The notes under the pieces: model-generated
The model's input: the letters and a program-made list of their open reading frames with translations, nothing else
Database searches by the model: none
What the model was told of the DNA's origin: nothing
Translations under genes and position numbers: made by a program
NCBI GenBank assembly: GCA_038087875.1
Contig: CM075988.1
Span: forward strand, 4,278,001-4,342,000
Origin: Malacoraja senta
Taxonomy: Eukaryota
Length of the DNA stretch: 64,000 bases
Direction: 5' to 3'
Shown here: positions 51,750-63,972 of the stretch, in pieces
Layout of the letters: each line of letters opens with the position of its first letter
Position numbering within the stretch: the first letter of the stretch is position 1

Positions 51750-52375
51750 TTAATTTAGTTTGGTTTATTGTCACGTGTGAAAAGCTTTTGTAGCGTGCTA
51801 ACCAGTCAGCGGAAAGACCATGCAGGATTACAATCAAGTCATTAACAGTGTACAGATACATGATAAAAGGAATAATGTTTAGTTCAAGGTAAAGTCCAGT
51901 AAAGTCCAATTGAAGATTGTTTGAAAGTCTCCAATGAGGCAGATAGTACCTCAGTACTGTTCTTTAGTTGGTGATAAGATGGTTCAATTGCCTGATAAAT
52001 GCTGGGGAGAAACTCTCCATGAATCTGAAGGTGTGCGTTTTCACATTTCTGTACCTCTTGCCTGATGAGAGAGGGGAGAAGAGGGAGTGACCAGAGTAAG
52101 CCTCATCCTTGATTATGCTGCTGGCCTTGCTGAGGCAGCGTGAGGTGTAAATTGAGTCAATGGAAAGGAGGTTGGTTAGTGTGATGGTCAGGGCTGCGTC
52201 CACAATTCTCTGCAATATCTTGTGGTCTTAGATGAAGCAGTTCCGAAACCATGCTGTGTTGCATCCCGATAAAATATTTTGTACACCGCATCTGTAGAAG
52301 TTGGTGAAAGTTGTAGGGTACATGCCAAACTTCATAAGCCTTCTAATGAAGTAAATACTTTGGTGTGCTTTCTTG

Positions 52376-52376
<1 letters not shown>
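51750..52376 (-). mobile_element. Rex1/Babar LINE 3' end
   Basis: KKAHQSIYFIRRLMKFG...FYRC and RCLSKASSIIKD...HSLFSPLSSGKRYR. Confidence 0.88.

Positions 52377-52461
<85 letters not shown>
52377..52461. repeat. (CA)n microsatellite
   Basis: Directly visible. Confidence 0.98.
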
Positions 52462-52469
<8 letters not shown>

Positions 52470-52471
<2 letters not shown>

Positions 52472-53016
52472 TCGCACTCGCACATTGTAAATGCGGGGGC
52501 CAGGGAAAGCGGGGGAGCACTGTCTGAAATTCACACCCGCGACGAAAAGGAAGGTAAAACGGCTGCACAGTAATGGTGTCCTTTAGAGAGCGCGAAGGGG
52601 AGATGGGGGGGGGGGGAGAAGGAGTGGAAACACTTTTAAGAAGTATAATAAAGTTAGCGAGCATTTTACCTACCGGTAAGTTTTCCTTGGTCCTGAAAAC
52701 TCCAATGAGCCAATCAAAAGGCCCGGTCAGCGAAGGAGATTGCCTACGGCTGCCCTCGACTGCCTGTAACTAAACTCCACTGCACTACGAGTTCAAAAGA
52801 ACCATGCCGACCAAATTTTGCTCGCGGAAAAATTTTCAACATGCTGACAAATGTTACGCAACCTAGCTGAGGCCACGAGTATTCGGGATCTTCCCTCGAG
52901 CATGAAGGAGAGTTCCAGCCACCTCCTAGGACCACGTGTCGACCATGCTGCGAGTTTGAAGGTCGAAGACACTCTTCTAAACTCACAGATTAGGTCGCCC
53001 AAGTGGGACAGCCCCT
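52470..53016. mobile_element. Partial Harbinger-type non-autonomous element (right TIR only)
   Basis: Ends CCCAAGTGGGACAGCCCCT-TTA; internal TTTTCAACATGCTGA.AAA motif shared with the other MITEs. Confidence 0.6.
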
Positions 53017-53859
53017 TTATGGATGATTATCATAGAGGATGATTTGTCACTTACCCTCACCGATTGTGGTCTGTTGGTCAGGAAGCCAAGGATTCAGTTG
53101 CAGAGAGGAGTGCTGACTCCAAATCCTGCATGTTTGGTGATAAGCTTGAATGGTATAATGGTATAAAAGGCTGTAGTCTGTGAATAGAAGTCTGATGTCT
53201 CTTTAATCCTGGTGTTCCAGGGATGTGTGTAGGGAGAGGGCATTTGCCGTGGACCTGTTGTGGCAGTTGGTGAACTGCAGTGGGTCACCAGGTTTAATGC
53301 GTTCCATGACAGCCAGACCCAGGGTAAGCCACTGCCTTGCAGCACCAGAGACCTGGGTTCGAAGGGTCTGTTTCCGCGCTGTATCTCTAAACTCGAACTC
53401 AAGTGTGAAGATCAAGGTGAGCCACACTGGACATCTTGCCACTGGGTTGTTGTAACCACATCCAGGAAGAGCAAGAGATTTCTGCTGAAATGGAGCAGGG
53501 TTCAGCAAGATAATACAATAATCCTGGGTGGTGGGTACCGTTAATATTTGTGACAAAACAAATTGGCAACTGCAACTAGAAGGTTGAAATTAGAGCTGAT
53601 TCTTGGAGTATATAGCCTGGAGCATCACAGGCTAATTTAGATCCTGCCTTGTGTGGTAAAATGGAGTTAATCATTCATCTCATTGCAAGAGATTCCCCTA
53701 TGGAGGAGTAAATATAATAAATGCAATTTATATTGAGGTAGGGAGTGACACGTTTAACCTCATTGTTAAAGGAGTAAACACGCTCTGGCCCCACCTTCTT
53801 GTGCACCCATTTTCTCCCACAATGCTGCCCTTTCCTCTTCCCCTTTCACCCATATCCCT

Positions 53860-54958
53860 TCCGCCACTTCATAAGAAAATGTGTGGAGGAATGTGTTCCC
53901 ACGAAGATCACTTTGGATAAACCAGCAGATTCACATTCTACTGAGGGACAGGATCCCGGGCATTTAGGTCTGGTGACGCTGTGGTAAACAAGAAGTCCAC
54001 ATACAACCTTGATAAGGCCATCAAAAAGGCCAAAAGGGACTTTTGCTCTAAGCTGGAGGATGAGGCGGATGTTCGGCAACTGTGGCAGGGCATCAATGCC
54101 ATCACCTCCTACAAGGTGAAAGCAGGAGGTGCTCAAGCGACCATGAAGCATCATTCCCTAACGAGCGCAATGCGTTCTAGGCACGCTTTGATTGGGAGAA
54201 CACTGATGTGCCATTCCGAGCTCCCGTATGGTATAAGAGTCACAGTCACAGAGGCCGACGTCAGAAGATCCATCAGGGGGGTAAAGGGTCTGTCCCACTT
54301 TCACAACCTAATTCACGACCTTTTTTACTCGTGGACATTTTCATCTTGCTAGAAAAAATGCCCTGACCTACTTGATGCCATGAGTACCTACGACTAGCAT
54401 CACGACCTCCTATGACCCTACCTACGACCTCCTACAACCTCCTACGACCTCGTGATGACCATGCTGCGAGTATGAGTCAAGGGCAAACTCGGCAGAGGTT
54501 GTGAATTGGGTCGTGAAAGTGGGACAGGCCCTTAAGCCTTCTGAAAGCGCCTGGACCTGATGGTACTCCTGGTCGTCTTCTTAAAACCTGTGCAGACCAA
54601 CTGGCTTGAGTTTTTGTGGATAACTTCAACCTCTCATTACTGAGGTCTGAAGTTCCCACCTGCTATCAGAGGGCATCAAAAAATACCGGTGCCCATGAAG
54701 AGTAAGGTGATGTGAATCAAAGACTATCGATCGGTGGCATTAACGTCTGTGGTGATGAAATGCTTTGAGAGATTAATTATGGCGCATATCAACTCCTACC
54801 TCGACAAGCCAGGAGCTCTGAAGAAAGGTCTCGACCCGAAACGTCACCCATTGCTTCTCTCCAGAGGTGCTGCTTGTCACGCTGAGTTACTCCAGCATTT
54901 TGTGTCTATCAACAAGAACCTCAACCCTTTACAATTTGCCTACCAGCCCAACAGGTCA
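53860..54958 (+). mobile_element. Rex1/Babar LINE ORF remnant with two nested insertions
   Basis: KAIKKAKRDF...VRQLWQGINAITSYK, KAPGPDG, LKTCADQLA, VALTSVVMKCFERL, PLQFAYQPNRS. Confidence 0.88.
54285..54532. mobile_element. Harbinger/PIF-type MITE inside Rex1
   Basis: TIRs AGGGTCTGTCCCACTTTCAC / GTGAAAGTGGGACAGGCCCT; TAA duplicated at 54282-54284 and 54533-54535. Confidence 0.88.
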
Positions 54959-55535
54959 TAATATCATAAGGTCATAGGTGAAACTAGCAGAATTAGGCTA
55001 TTCGGCCAATTAAGTCTGCTCCGCCATTTAATCATGGCTAATTTATCTCTCCCCCTGAACCCCATTCTCCTGCCTTGTCGCCATTACCCTTGACACCTGT
55101 ATTACGAATCTATCTATCGCTGCCTTAAAAATATCCATTGACTTGGCCCCCACGGCCTTCTGAGGCAAAGAATTCCACAGATTCATCATCATCATCCGAA
55201 TAAAGAAATTCTTCCTCATCTCCTTCTTAAAAGAACGCCCATTAATTCTGAGGCTATGACCTCTGGTCCTAGACTCTCCCACTAGTGGAAACATCCTCTC
55301 CACATCCACTCTATCCATGCCTTTCACTATTCTGTAAGTTTCAATGAGGTCACCCTTCATCCTTCTAAACTCCAGCGAGTACAGGTCCAGTGCTGACAAA
55401 CGCTCATCATAAGTTAACCCACTCATTCCTGGGATCATTCTTGTAAACCTCCCCTGGACCCTCTCCAGAGCCAGCACATCCTTCCTCCGTTATGGTGCCC
55501 AAAACTGCTCACAATATTACAAATGTGGTCTGACC
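54957..55535 (-). mobile_element. CR1 LINE 3' fragment
   Basis: ORF 55043-55477 reads LALERVQGRFTRMIPGMSGLTYDERL. Confidence 0.88.
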
Positions 55536-56591
55536 AGCCCCAGACCAGTGTGTGCATGTGTATGCCGTGTGTGCGTGGGAGTGTGTTGGCAGGGATTAAG
55601 GGGATATATGAGCCAGAAATGTTAAGGAATTAATAGCATAAAATACTGCAAATATTAATGCAGCATTGCTAACACAGTGGTTGGCAATCAAGAAAGTGAA
55701 TATTTTAGCAGTGATCTTCCAGAACACCCAAATTCTGGGGCAGATCCAATAGATTGGAAGATAGTACATGAAACACGACACTTCGTGCGATTGAACAAAG
55801 AAGGAAAGAGGAACGAGCTACCTTTATGTGGTGACTATTGCATACATTGTGTGTGCAAGCAAAGAATTTCACTGTGGACTTGTCACTTGTGACAATGAGG
55901 TATTCATTCATTCATTCATTCATTCATCCATTCATTCATCGTCCTGGTAGCTTTACGTCAGTTGTAAAAAAATAGCAGATGATACAAAATCTTGAAAGCA
56001 AAGTACCACCAGATTCAGCAACAGCTGCTTCCCTGCTGTCACCTCCCCATCTCCCAACCTACCTCATTGCAGCCCTTGCATTTATTTTAACCTGCACTTT
56101 CTCTGAAAATGTCTGGTCATGACACCATATTCTGCACTCTGATGTTTTTTTCTCTTTGCGCTAACTTGTGGTTGCGTATGGGCCAGAATGTGTAGGGCCA
56201 TTTACACACCAGTCATTCCTTCTTCTCCCCTTTCCCACTTTCCCATCAGATTGAAACCACATGATACCAGATACAGGAACAGCTTCTTCCCCGTTGTTGC
56301 CAGGGGAGGGGAGGGGGGGGTCGTGAACTTTCCTCTGCTCTAGGAATCCTGCCCTAAAGGCATTTTGCTCAGGCGGATGCCGGGCTTAATGTGAAGATGG
56401 TACTTTTGCTTCCGGCAAGACTGGGATAGAGCTTCCCAAAGCTGCTCTCGGCTGTGGACGTATTTGGGGATTTTCTTGCTTCAGCTGGAGGCTTCTGATT
56501 TCTGCTACTTGCATTTGACTGTGACTGTTTGCGGGACTTAACTTGGAGCTGAGCTGCTGGGCTGCCTGGAGCTGGTTGTGCCTCTGTCAGG

Positions 56592-58742
56592 ATGGCTGGG
56601 GCTCGTCCGAAGAACCGGAGCTACGCAGTGGCGGCATCAGAGGCGGATGCGAGGACATTGGAGTATGAGCCTTATGTGGACTTGGATTGGGGCAGGTTTG
56701 GTATTTCGGAGAGGGGGATATCAGTGGGGGGGGTCCACATACAGGTAGATCTGTGGGTATCTAGGATGCGATCGGTTCTCCTGCGGAGTTGCCCCACATT
56801 TATTCCGGATGCTGCACTTATTCCACACCTGTCTAAGGTTGGGGAGGTGAGGTCTAAGTGCTTTAGGCTCAGGCACCTCGGGGGGGACCCGGAGGAAAGA
56901 GGGATCTTTAGTTTTAAGAGGAGGGTGTTTCTGAAGGTGGGTGAGGGCGATGGCGTGGAGGGGAGCTTTGAGGTGGAGTGTACGGGTCTCCATAGAACCG
57001 TGTATTGGAGTTGGGGGAAGGCACGGTGTCATGCGTGTGGAGAATTTGGACATCTCCGTAAAGAGTGTCTTTCTCGCGGGGTCGCTGCTAGAAGTTCTAG
57101 CGTAGCGGCCCGGGATTGCACTGCTGGCCCATCCGGGGTGGCTCATCATGCCTCGGTGGCGCTGGGTGGCACTGCTGACCTGGCTAGGACGGCTAGCTCT
57201 ACCTCGGGGATCCGGGGCGGAAGTGATAGCCCATCTGGGTCTGCAAGTTCCGCCTTGGGGACCCGGGGCGGGGAAGGCCTTCGCCCCCTGCGTCCTGAGC
57301 CTGTGGAGGTGGTGGTGGCTAATGGTGAGGTGCAGGGTGAGGGTGAAGAGGGGGAGGGTGCAGATGGGGAGGGGAAGTGGGAGGTGCAGAAGACGAGGAG
57401 GAGGAGGACGAGAAAGGTCAATCCAGAGAGTCTATCGCAATCTGAGACCACCCTAGGGGTGCCTGTCAGCTCTAGTGAGGTCCAGAGTGTGCTTGCCGTG
57501 GCCCAGCAAGGAGATGAGGTGGCTCAGACGGGGGAAGGGATGGTAAAGTGTGCAGGTGGTAAAGTGCCTGGGGGTAGTGTGGAGGAGGAAGACCCTTCCT
57601 TTATGGAGGTCACCGTACCGCCGCATGCTAGTAGGGTAAAAAGGAGGTTTAGGCCTGGCGAGGAAGAGGAAGGGCGTGAGTCGAAAGTTAGGGGGACGAC
57701 TTTTTCCAGACCTTCCACCACTGATGTGGTTGGTTGTCAAGAGCTGGTGTCTTCCGGGTTGGAGGGTGAGCCTCCATTTCAGGGATCTTCCGCGGGGATT
57801 ACAGGATCAGGTGATGGGGTTGATTCCTCTGGAGTTGTGTCCTCTGGGCGGGTGGATGTCCCTTCATCTCAGGGGCCCTCCGGTGGAGTTATCTCATCGG
57901 GTGTTGAGGTTAGCTCCCCTGGGTGTGTGTCCTCTGGGTCGGAGGAGGTCTCCTCGTTTCAGAGGCCTCTTGAGGGTGATGGCACGCCAGAGGATGGGGT
58001 ATGTGCCCCTGGTAGTGGGGCCCCTGAGATGGGGGATGAGCAGAGTCAGCCCGAGGGGGGTGGTTCGGGGGCTTTGGTGTTCCAGTCTGTGCTCCACACC
58101 AGAGCCAGCGGTGGTAATGGGGGGTGTGCTGCATCGCCGGATGAGTTGGTAGGGGAGAGGATAAAAGAAAGTGGAGAGCCTCTGGGTGCTGCCAGTGGAG
58201 GGGATGCTATAGGTGCAGTGGAGGTCGGGGATAGTTTGGGTGGTGATTTCCCTTTAGTTTCCGGGGGTGCCAGTGTATCACAGGCCCTGGGGGTGCCTAG
58301 TGTTTTTGCTTCCCCAGGCCCAAGCGTGGAGGGTGATGGTGGCGTGCAGGTGTCAAACCAGTCAGGGGGCTGCCTGTTGCAGTCAGGGGTTTCGGGACCC
58401 TTACCTGGCATTGATCCTGGGGGTGGTGTCTTACTGGAGGAGGGGGAGAGTGCTCAGGAAAGTTTGTGTAGTGTGGGTGATGAGCTTTCGGAGAGCTCTG
58501 GTCGTTCAAATTCTGAAAGCGACCTTGAACGTTGTGGTATGGAGCCTGTTGTTGCAGGTGCGAGTGCGTTGGCCGAGTGCCCAGGCTCCAAGGCCGAGTC
58601 TCATGTACGTGATATACGGGTGGTTCGAGAATTCCTCAAAACAAACCGCTCCCTCAGAACAAGAATGGAGGCTGCTAAAAGGCGGTGGGCTGATCTGCCA
58701 GGTTTGATTCAGACTCTTGAGGCTATTCTTGGCAACAGGTAG
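56592..58742 (+). CDS. Tx1 ORF1 nucleic-acid-binding protein, 716 aa, open
   Basis: CHACGEFGHLRKEC zinc knuckle (CX2CX4HX4C), long S/G/E-rich region, helical C-terminus VVREFLKT...RWADL. Confidence 0.8.
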   Translation: MAGARPKNRSYAVAASEADARTLEYEPYVDLDWGRFGISERGISVGGVHIQVDLWVSRMRSVLLRSCPTFIPDAALIPHLSKVGEVRSKCFRLRHLGGDPEERGIFSFKRRVFLKVGEGDGVEGSFEVECTGLHRTVYWSWGKARCHACGEFGHLRKECLSRGVAARSSSVAARDCTAGPSGVAHHASVALGGTADLARTASSTSGIRGGSDSPSGSASSALGTRGGEGLRPLRPEPVEVVVANGEVQGEGEEGEGADGEGKWEVQKTRRRRTRKVNPESLSQSETTLGVPVSSSEVQSVLAVAQQGDEVAQTGEGMVKCAGGKVPGGSVEEEDPSFMEVTVPPHASRVKRRFRPGEEEEGRESKVRGTTFSRPSTTDVVGCQELVSSGLEGEPPFQGSSAGITGSGDGVDSSGVVSSGRVDVPSSQGPSGGVISSGVEVSSPGCVSSGSEEVSSFQRPLEGDGTPEDGVCAPGSGAPEMGDEQSQPEGGGSGALVFQSVLHTRASGGNGGCAASPDELVGERIKESGEPLGAASGGDAIGAVEVGDSLGGDFPLVSGGASVSQALGVPSVFASPGPSVEGDGGVQVSNQSGGCLLQSGVSGPLPGIDPGGGVLLEEGESAQESLCSVGDELSESSGRSNSESDLERCGMEPVVAGASALAECPGSKAESHVRDIRVVREFLKTNRSLRTRMEAAKRRWADLPGLIQTLEAILGNR

Positions 58743-58849
58743 AGTGATCTTCCTGTCTTAGAGCAGAGCCAGTTTGGGGACTTTTTGGTGTTCCTCAGAC
58801 AGAGTTGTTGTGTCCACGGGGAGTGTGAGGGGTTTAATCTAGTGTGCCT

Positions 58850-61800
58850 TCACATTCACCGTCGCAACATTAAACTTAAACGGGAGTAGAGCGAGTTTTC
58901 GTAGATTTCAGCTTTTATCAGTCCTTAAAGAGCGGAGATTTGCAGGAGACGCACACAGTTGTTAGTGATGAACCTACATGGAGACTGGAATGGGAAGGGG
59001 CGGTTTACATGAGCTATCTCAGCTCGAATTCGAGTGGGGTGGCCCTTTCTGTTGGCCCAGAATTTCCTGCCAACTATTCTAAAAGTGCAAGAATTTGTGC
59101 CAGGATGTTTGCTCCATCTGGCCGTGAGCCTGGATGACATGCCGTTGCATTTCATTAACGTGTATGCCCCTAGCTCCGGTACGATGCAGGCCAGTCTCAT
59201 TCAGGAGGTGACTGCTCTGTCGAGCACTATTGATAGGGGAGAGTGTGTCTTCCTTGGTGGGGACTTTAATTGCACACTTGAGGCGCGAGATCGTTCTGGT
59301 ACTCGGTGTGCCCCTGCTGTAGCGAAGAAGCTGAGAGGGATGATTGAATCCTTTGAGTTGGTTGATGCGTGGCGGAACCTCCACCCGGATTCCACTGCGT
59401 TTTCGCGGAGGTCTGAGGGTGGTGGTTCCCGTATTGATCGAATATATATTTCCCGAGCGTTTGTTGCCCGTGTCTCAGCGGCCTCAATGCGGTTGGTGCC
59501 GTGTTCGGATAACTGTCTGGTGCGTGTGGACTTTAATCCGGCGCGCACTCGGGCTGGGTCCGCGTACTGGCACTTTAACAACCGGCTGCTGGAGGATCGG
59601 TGTTTCCTGGAGTCATTCAGTCGGTTTTGGGTGAAGTGGAGAGAGAGGCGGAGGTGCTTCTCTTCCCTTAAGCAGTGGTGGGATGTGGGGGAAGGCTCAC
59701 ATCCGTCTATATTGTAAGGAGTATACGTGGGGGGTCGACCGGGACCGCGGGACTCAGCGGTCGAGAGGCTTGAGAGGGAGCTACGGGGCGCAGAGTCTCG
59801 CCTGGGATGGTGAGGACTCCTGTGAATGGGGAGAGTTTCAGTAGAAGAAGGAAGCCTTGAGGAACCTGCTGCTTGAGCGGTCGCGAGGCGCTTTCTTGAG
59901 GGCGCGGGTCCAGATGATGCAAGATCTGGACCGAGCTTCGCCTTTCTTTTTCTCTCTGGAGAAAGGGCGGGGAGCACCCAAACAGCTCGTAGAGCTGCTC
60001 GCAGATGATGGCTCCTCTGTCACTTATCCGGAGAGGATCAGTGAGGTGGTCAGGTCCTTTTATGGGTCCCTGTTCTCCGCAGGGGGATTCAACGGGGAGG
60101 CTCAGCAGGACTTGTGGGATGGTCTACCGACTGTTGATAGGGAGGTGGCCGATCTTCTTGATGGGCCCTTATCTTTGGAGGAATTGACTTGTGCATTGTT
60201 TCAGCTCAGGAAGGGTAAGTCCCCCGGGATGGATGGGTTGACGGTAGAGTTTGTCAGAGCTTTCTGGGATATCCTGGGGGGGTGATTACATGTTGGTGCT
60301 GGGGGAGAGTCTGGCGGCCGGGGCGATGCCCCTCTCGTGGCATAGGGCAGTTGTTGTCTTGCTGCCCAAGAAGGGCGAACTCCGCTTGTTGAAGAACTGG
60401 AGGCCGGGTATCTCTCCTATGTACAGAGTATAAAGTATTTGCACGGGCAATGCAAATCGTCTGGGCCCTGTGCTGTCTCAAATGATTCACCTTGACCAGT
60501 CCTATACAGTCCCTGGCAGGTCCATTCAGGTTAACATCCACCTGGTAAGGGACCTGATTCATCTAGTTCACGGTACTGGTCAGTCAGCTGCTTTTCTGTC
60601 TCTTGATCAGGAGAAGGCTTTTGATAGGGTAGAGCATGATTACCTATTCGGGATGTTGCAAGCGTTTGGATTTGGACCGCATTTTGTGGCCTGGGTCCGG
60701 CTTCTGTACGCTGCAGCGGAGTGCCTTGTGAAGGTTAATGGTGCGTTGTTGGCTCCCTTTCATTTTGGGGAGGGGGGTCCGTCAGGGGTGCCCCATGTCG
60801 GGTCAGTTGTACTCGGTCTGTGTGGAGCCGTTCCTGTGTCTTCTTCGGAGGAGGTTGACAGGCCTGGCCCTACCTGGCCCGGGGGTGGAGGTGGTTCTTT
60901 CGGCGTATGCAGATGTATTTCTTATGTTCACTGATCCTGGTGACCTGCGGAGGATGCGTGACTGTCAGGAGATTTTCTCAGCTGCATCTTCTGCCAGGAT
61001 TAACTGGAGTAAGTGCTCTGGTAGTATAGTAGTATAGTATTTTAATGACCACACAGCCAAGCTGGTGGAATTTTGGGTTGTCAGCAGCGATACAATAATA
61101 AGAACACACAACCACAATAAAAAAAATTTAAAAAAAAATAAAAATAAAAAAAAATAATAAAAAATGTAACACAAACATCCACCACAGCATTCATCACTGT
61201 GGTGGAAGGCACAAAAATTTGGCCAATCCTCCCTCCATTTCCCCCTCCGTGAACAGGACCAGAGTCCAGAGTCAGTCCAGGATCGGCTCTTCCTCACCGG
61301 AGACCGCGGCTTTAAGTTGTTGTAGGCCGCAGGCCGGCTGTCGAGATTTAAAGTCTCCGCTGCAGCCAGAAGCACCGTAGACTGCAGGGCCGGCGGTCGA
61401 AGCTCCCCTGCAGGGGTGTTGGTAAGTCCATGCCGGCCCCGCGGTAGAAGTTGGCCGCGGGCCGGCAGTGATGGCTTCTTCTTCTTCCCCCGGGTCCCCC
61501 CATGAGGGATCCCGGGCTGTAGACGCCGCACCAGCTGGAGCTCTGCAGACCGTGGCTTCAGGCTGCGACTTCAGGCTGCTGGCTGCCCTGGGCCAGCGAA
61601 ACGGAGCGCTCCCCCTCCAGCGAGCCCCAGCGAGGGGCTCACCCGCTCCACGCCGAGAGTCCACGCTGCGCCCGCCGCTGAAGCCCCGCGCCGATCCTTG
61701 ATGTTAGGCCACGGGGGAGGCGACCTGGAAAAAGTCGCCTCTCCATGGAGGAGGCGACCGAAGCGGTTTCCCCCCTTACCCCCCCCACACCACCCCCCAC

Positions 61801-62995
61801 ACAAGACACACACAAAGATACACAAAATACATACTTTAAAATATACTAAAAAATAAAAAAAAGTTGAAAAAACTGACGCGCTGCTGACATGGCTGCTGCC
61901 CAGAGCAGCGCCCCCCTTCCCCTTGGTCTTTTGTGGGTCAGTGGCAGGTGGATGCCCTGCCGGAGGAGATGGCAAGGTATGTGTGGAGCACCACACATCT
62001 CCTCTATCTGGGGGGTTACATGAGTCTCACTGAGGATGCTTGGCCGGCGAACTGGCAGGAGTTGGAGACGAAAGTGGTTGCCCGGCTGGGGCGCTGGTTG
62101 GGCCTGCTTGGAGTTCTTTCCTTTCAGGGGAGGGGTGATGGTCATAAATCAGCTGGTGGCCTCCATGTTATGGTACCGGCTGGCTACTCTTGTCCCACCT
62201 TCCATATTTGTAAATGCTCTTCAGAAGAAGCTGGTAGATTTCTTCTGGGGAAATAGGAAGCACTGGGTCTCTGCAGCGGTCCTGAGTCTCCCGTTAGAGG
62301 AGGGCGGCCAGTCCTTGGTATGCGTGCGTACCCAGGTGGCGGCTCTCCGTCTCAGGACTCTGCGGATATATATGTATGTAGAGAACCCCCCCAGATGGCA
62401 CGCTCTGGCCACGTATTTTTTCGTCGGGGTCATTGCCTAGGGGGGTCTCGCGGCTCCCGGTGGCGGGCATCAGTCGACCCGCCCTAAGGGGTTTGCCTGT
62501 TTTCTACTGGGATGTGATCAGAGTGAGGAATTTGGCTGTTTTCAGCCAGCGTGTTGCTCCACGAGGGGAGGGGGATGGTGAGGCTGCGGGAGTGGCCGGT
62601 CCTCGCCCAGTCATGGCGAGTGTCGAGGAGAGGCTTCCTTGAATCCAAGTTGAAAGAACTCTGAAGTCATTGAAAGGGAGATACAGATTTACAAGAGTTT
62701 TCTGTAAAGTGTACATTTGCTCTGACTGGTCCCTCACCTGACCCTTGCCTGCTGGAAACCAGTGCACCATCTACAAGGTTGTGCGTTTACCGTTTGAACA
62801 ACTTTTGCTGGAATTTTCCACCAACTTTCAGCCCGCATATTCGATCTGCTTTCTCTGGAATTTTCCACAATTTAAAAAAAAATGTTGGACCCCCTCATGG
62901 CCAGTTTCAATCCAATTTCAACCCTAAAATTGAGGTTGGAAACTGACGGTTTTATACCTTTCCTTTACAATTGTCTTTGGGGGGAGAGGGAGAGG

Positions 62996-63028
<33 letters not shown>

Positions 63029-63972
63029 GGAGCGCCAGGCTGCGGTGCTGGTCAGGCCTGCTTGGAGTTCTTTCTTTTCAGGGGAGGGTGCTGGTCATAA
63101 ACCAGCTGGTGGCCTTCATGTTATGGTACCGGCTGGCTACTCTTGTACCGCGGGTGTCGAGGAGAGGCGAGCGCCTAGAGTGGTTCTGACTGAGCTTTCA
63201 CCCACTCCGTCAGATCTGCTCATCGGGCCTAGGCTCCGGGATATTTCTCGGGGTGCCGGCTCCACACAACCTGAGCCGCCTTGCTGAGATGATCAGCATA
63301 CCGTTTCGTGATGCGAAGAGACGCACACTGTATCGGATGTTCCTGCACATTCTGCACCTCCTTGCCTTCGTTTTCCGTCCTGACACACCTTGGTGGACGG
63401 TGTTACCACCTGAAGGCGGGGGGAGGTCCCCCGGTGGGGGTCCTTCTATAAGGGAGTTGTCCCCCTTTACATTGGGGACCTGGGGTGGAGACTGTTGCAC
63501 AGAGCGGTGGTTTGTAATAAACGAGTAGGTTCACGGGATCGTCCGCCGCGTGTATTTTCTGTGGCGAGGAAGAGACCGTGTTCCACGTATACATGGAGTG
63601 TGCGAGGTTACTGCCCCTGTACCAATATCTGAAGGGGTTGTTCCTTAAGTTCTGGTTGCATTTTAGTCCCATGATTCTAGTGTGTGGGCATAAGTTAGGG
63701 TGTGGGGGAGAGCCAAGTGGGGGGGGTGGGACCTCCCTGTCGGTTTGCTCCTGGGCCTGGCCAAGATGGCCATTCGTGGGTCCAGGCAGTGGGCGGTCGA
63801 TGGTGAGGCTAGAGTTGGCTGCCTGCCCCTCTTCCGGGCGTACGTCCATGCACGCGTGTCCCTGGAGCGGGAACATGCGGTGTCCACGAGGACTCTGGAG
63901 GCCTTCCGTGGGCGCTGGTCACCACATGGGGTGGAGAGTATAGTAAATAATGAATGTACTGTTGTACTATAA
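58850..63972 (+). pseudogene. Tx1 ORF2 (APE endonuclease and RT), frameshifted and interrupted
   Basis: VATLNLNG, QETH, FINVYAP, GGDFNC, SRIDRIY, KSPGMDGL, LDQEKAFDRV, GVRQGCPMSG, SAYADV, CIFCGEEETVFHVYMEC. Confidence 0.92.
61023..61918 (-). mobile_element. GC-rich non-coding retroposon, copy D (nested in Tx1 ORF2)
   Basis: Interrupts the SKCSG|L..GQW coding stretch; TGGT on both flanks; (TACTA)n-like end; both conserved hairpins present. Confidence 0.78.

Noticed and set aside
61700..61730. HDV-ribozyme-like GCC-TCCCCGT-GGC on the minus strand of copy D (similar CCGTCCTCGTGGC in copy C)
   Set aside because: I could not find the P1, P1.1 and P2 pairings needed for the nested pseudoknot, and the motif is not evident in copies A and B.
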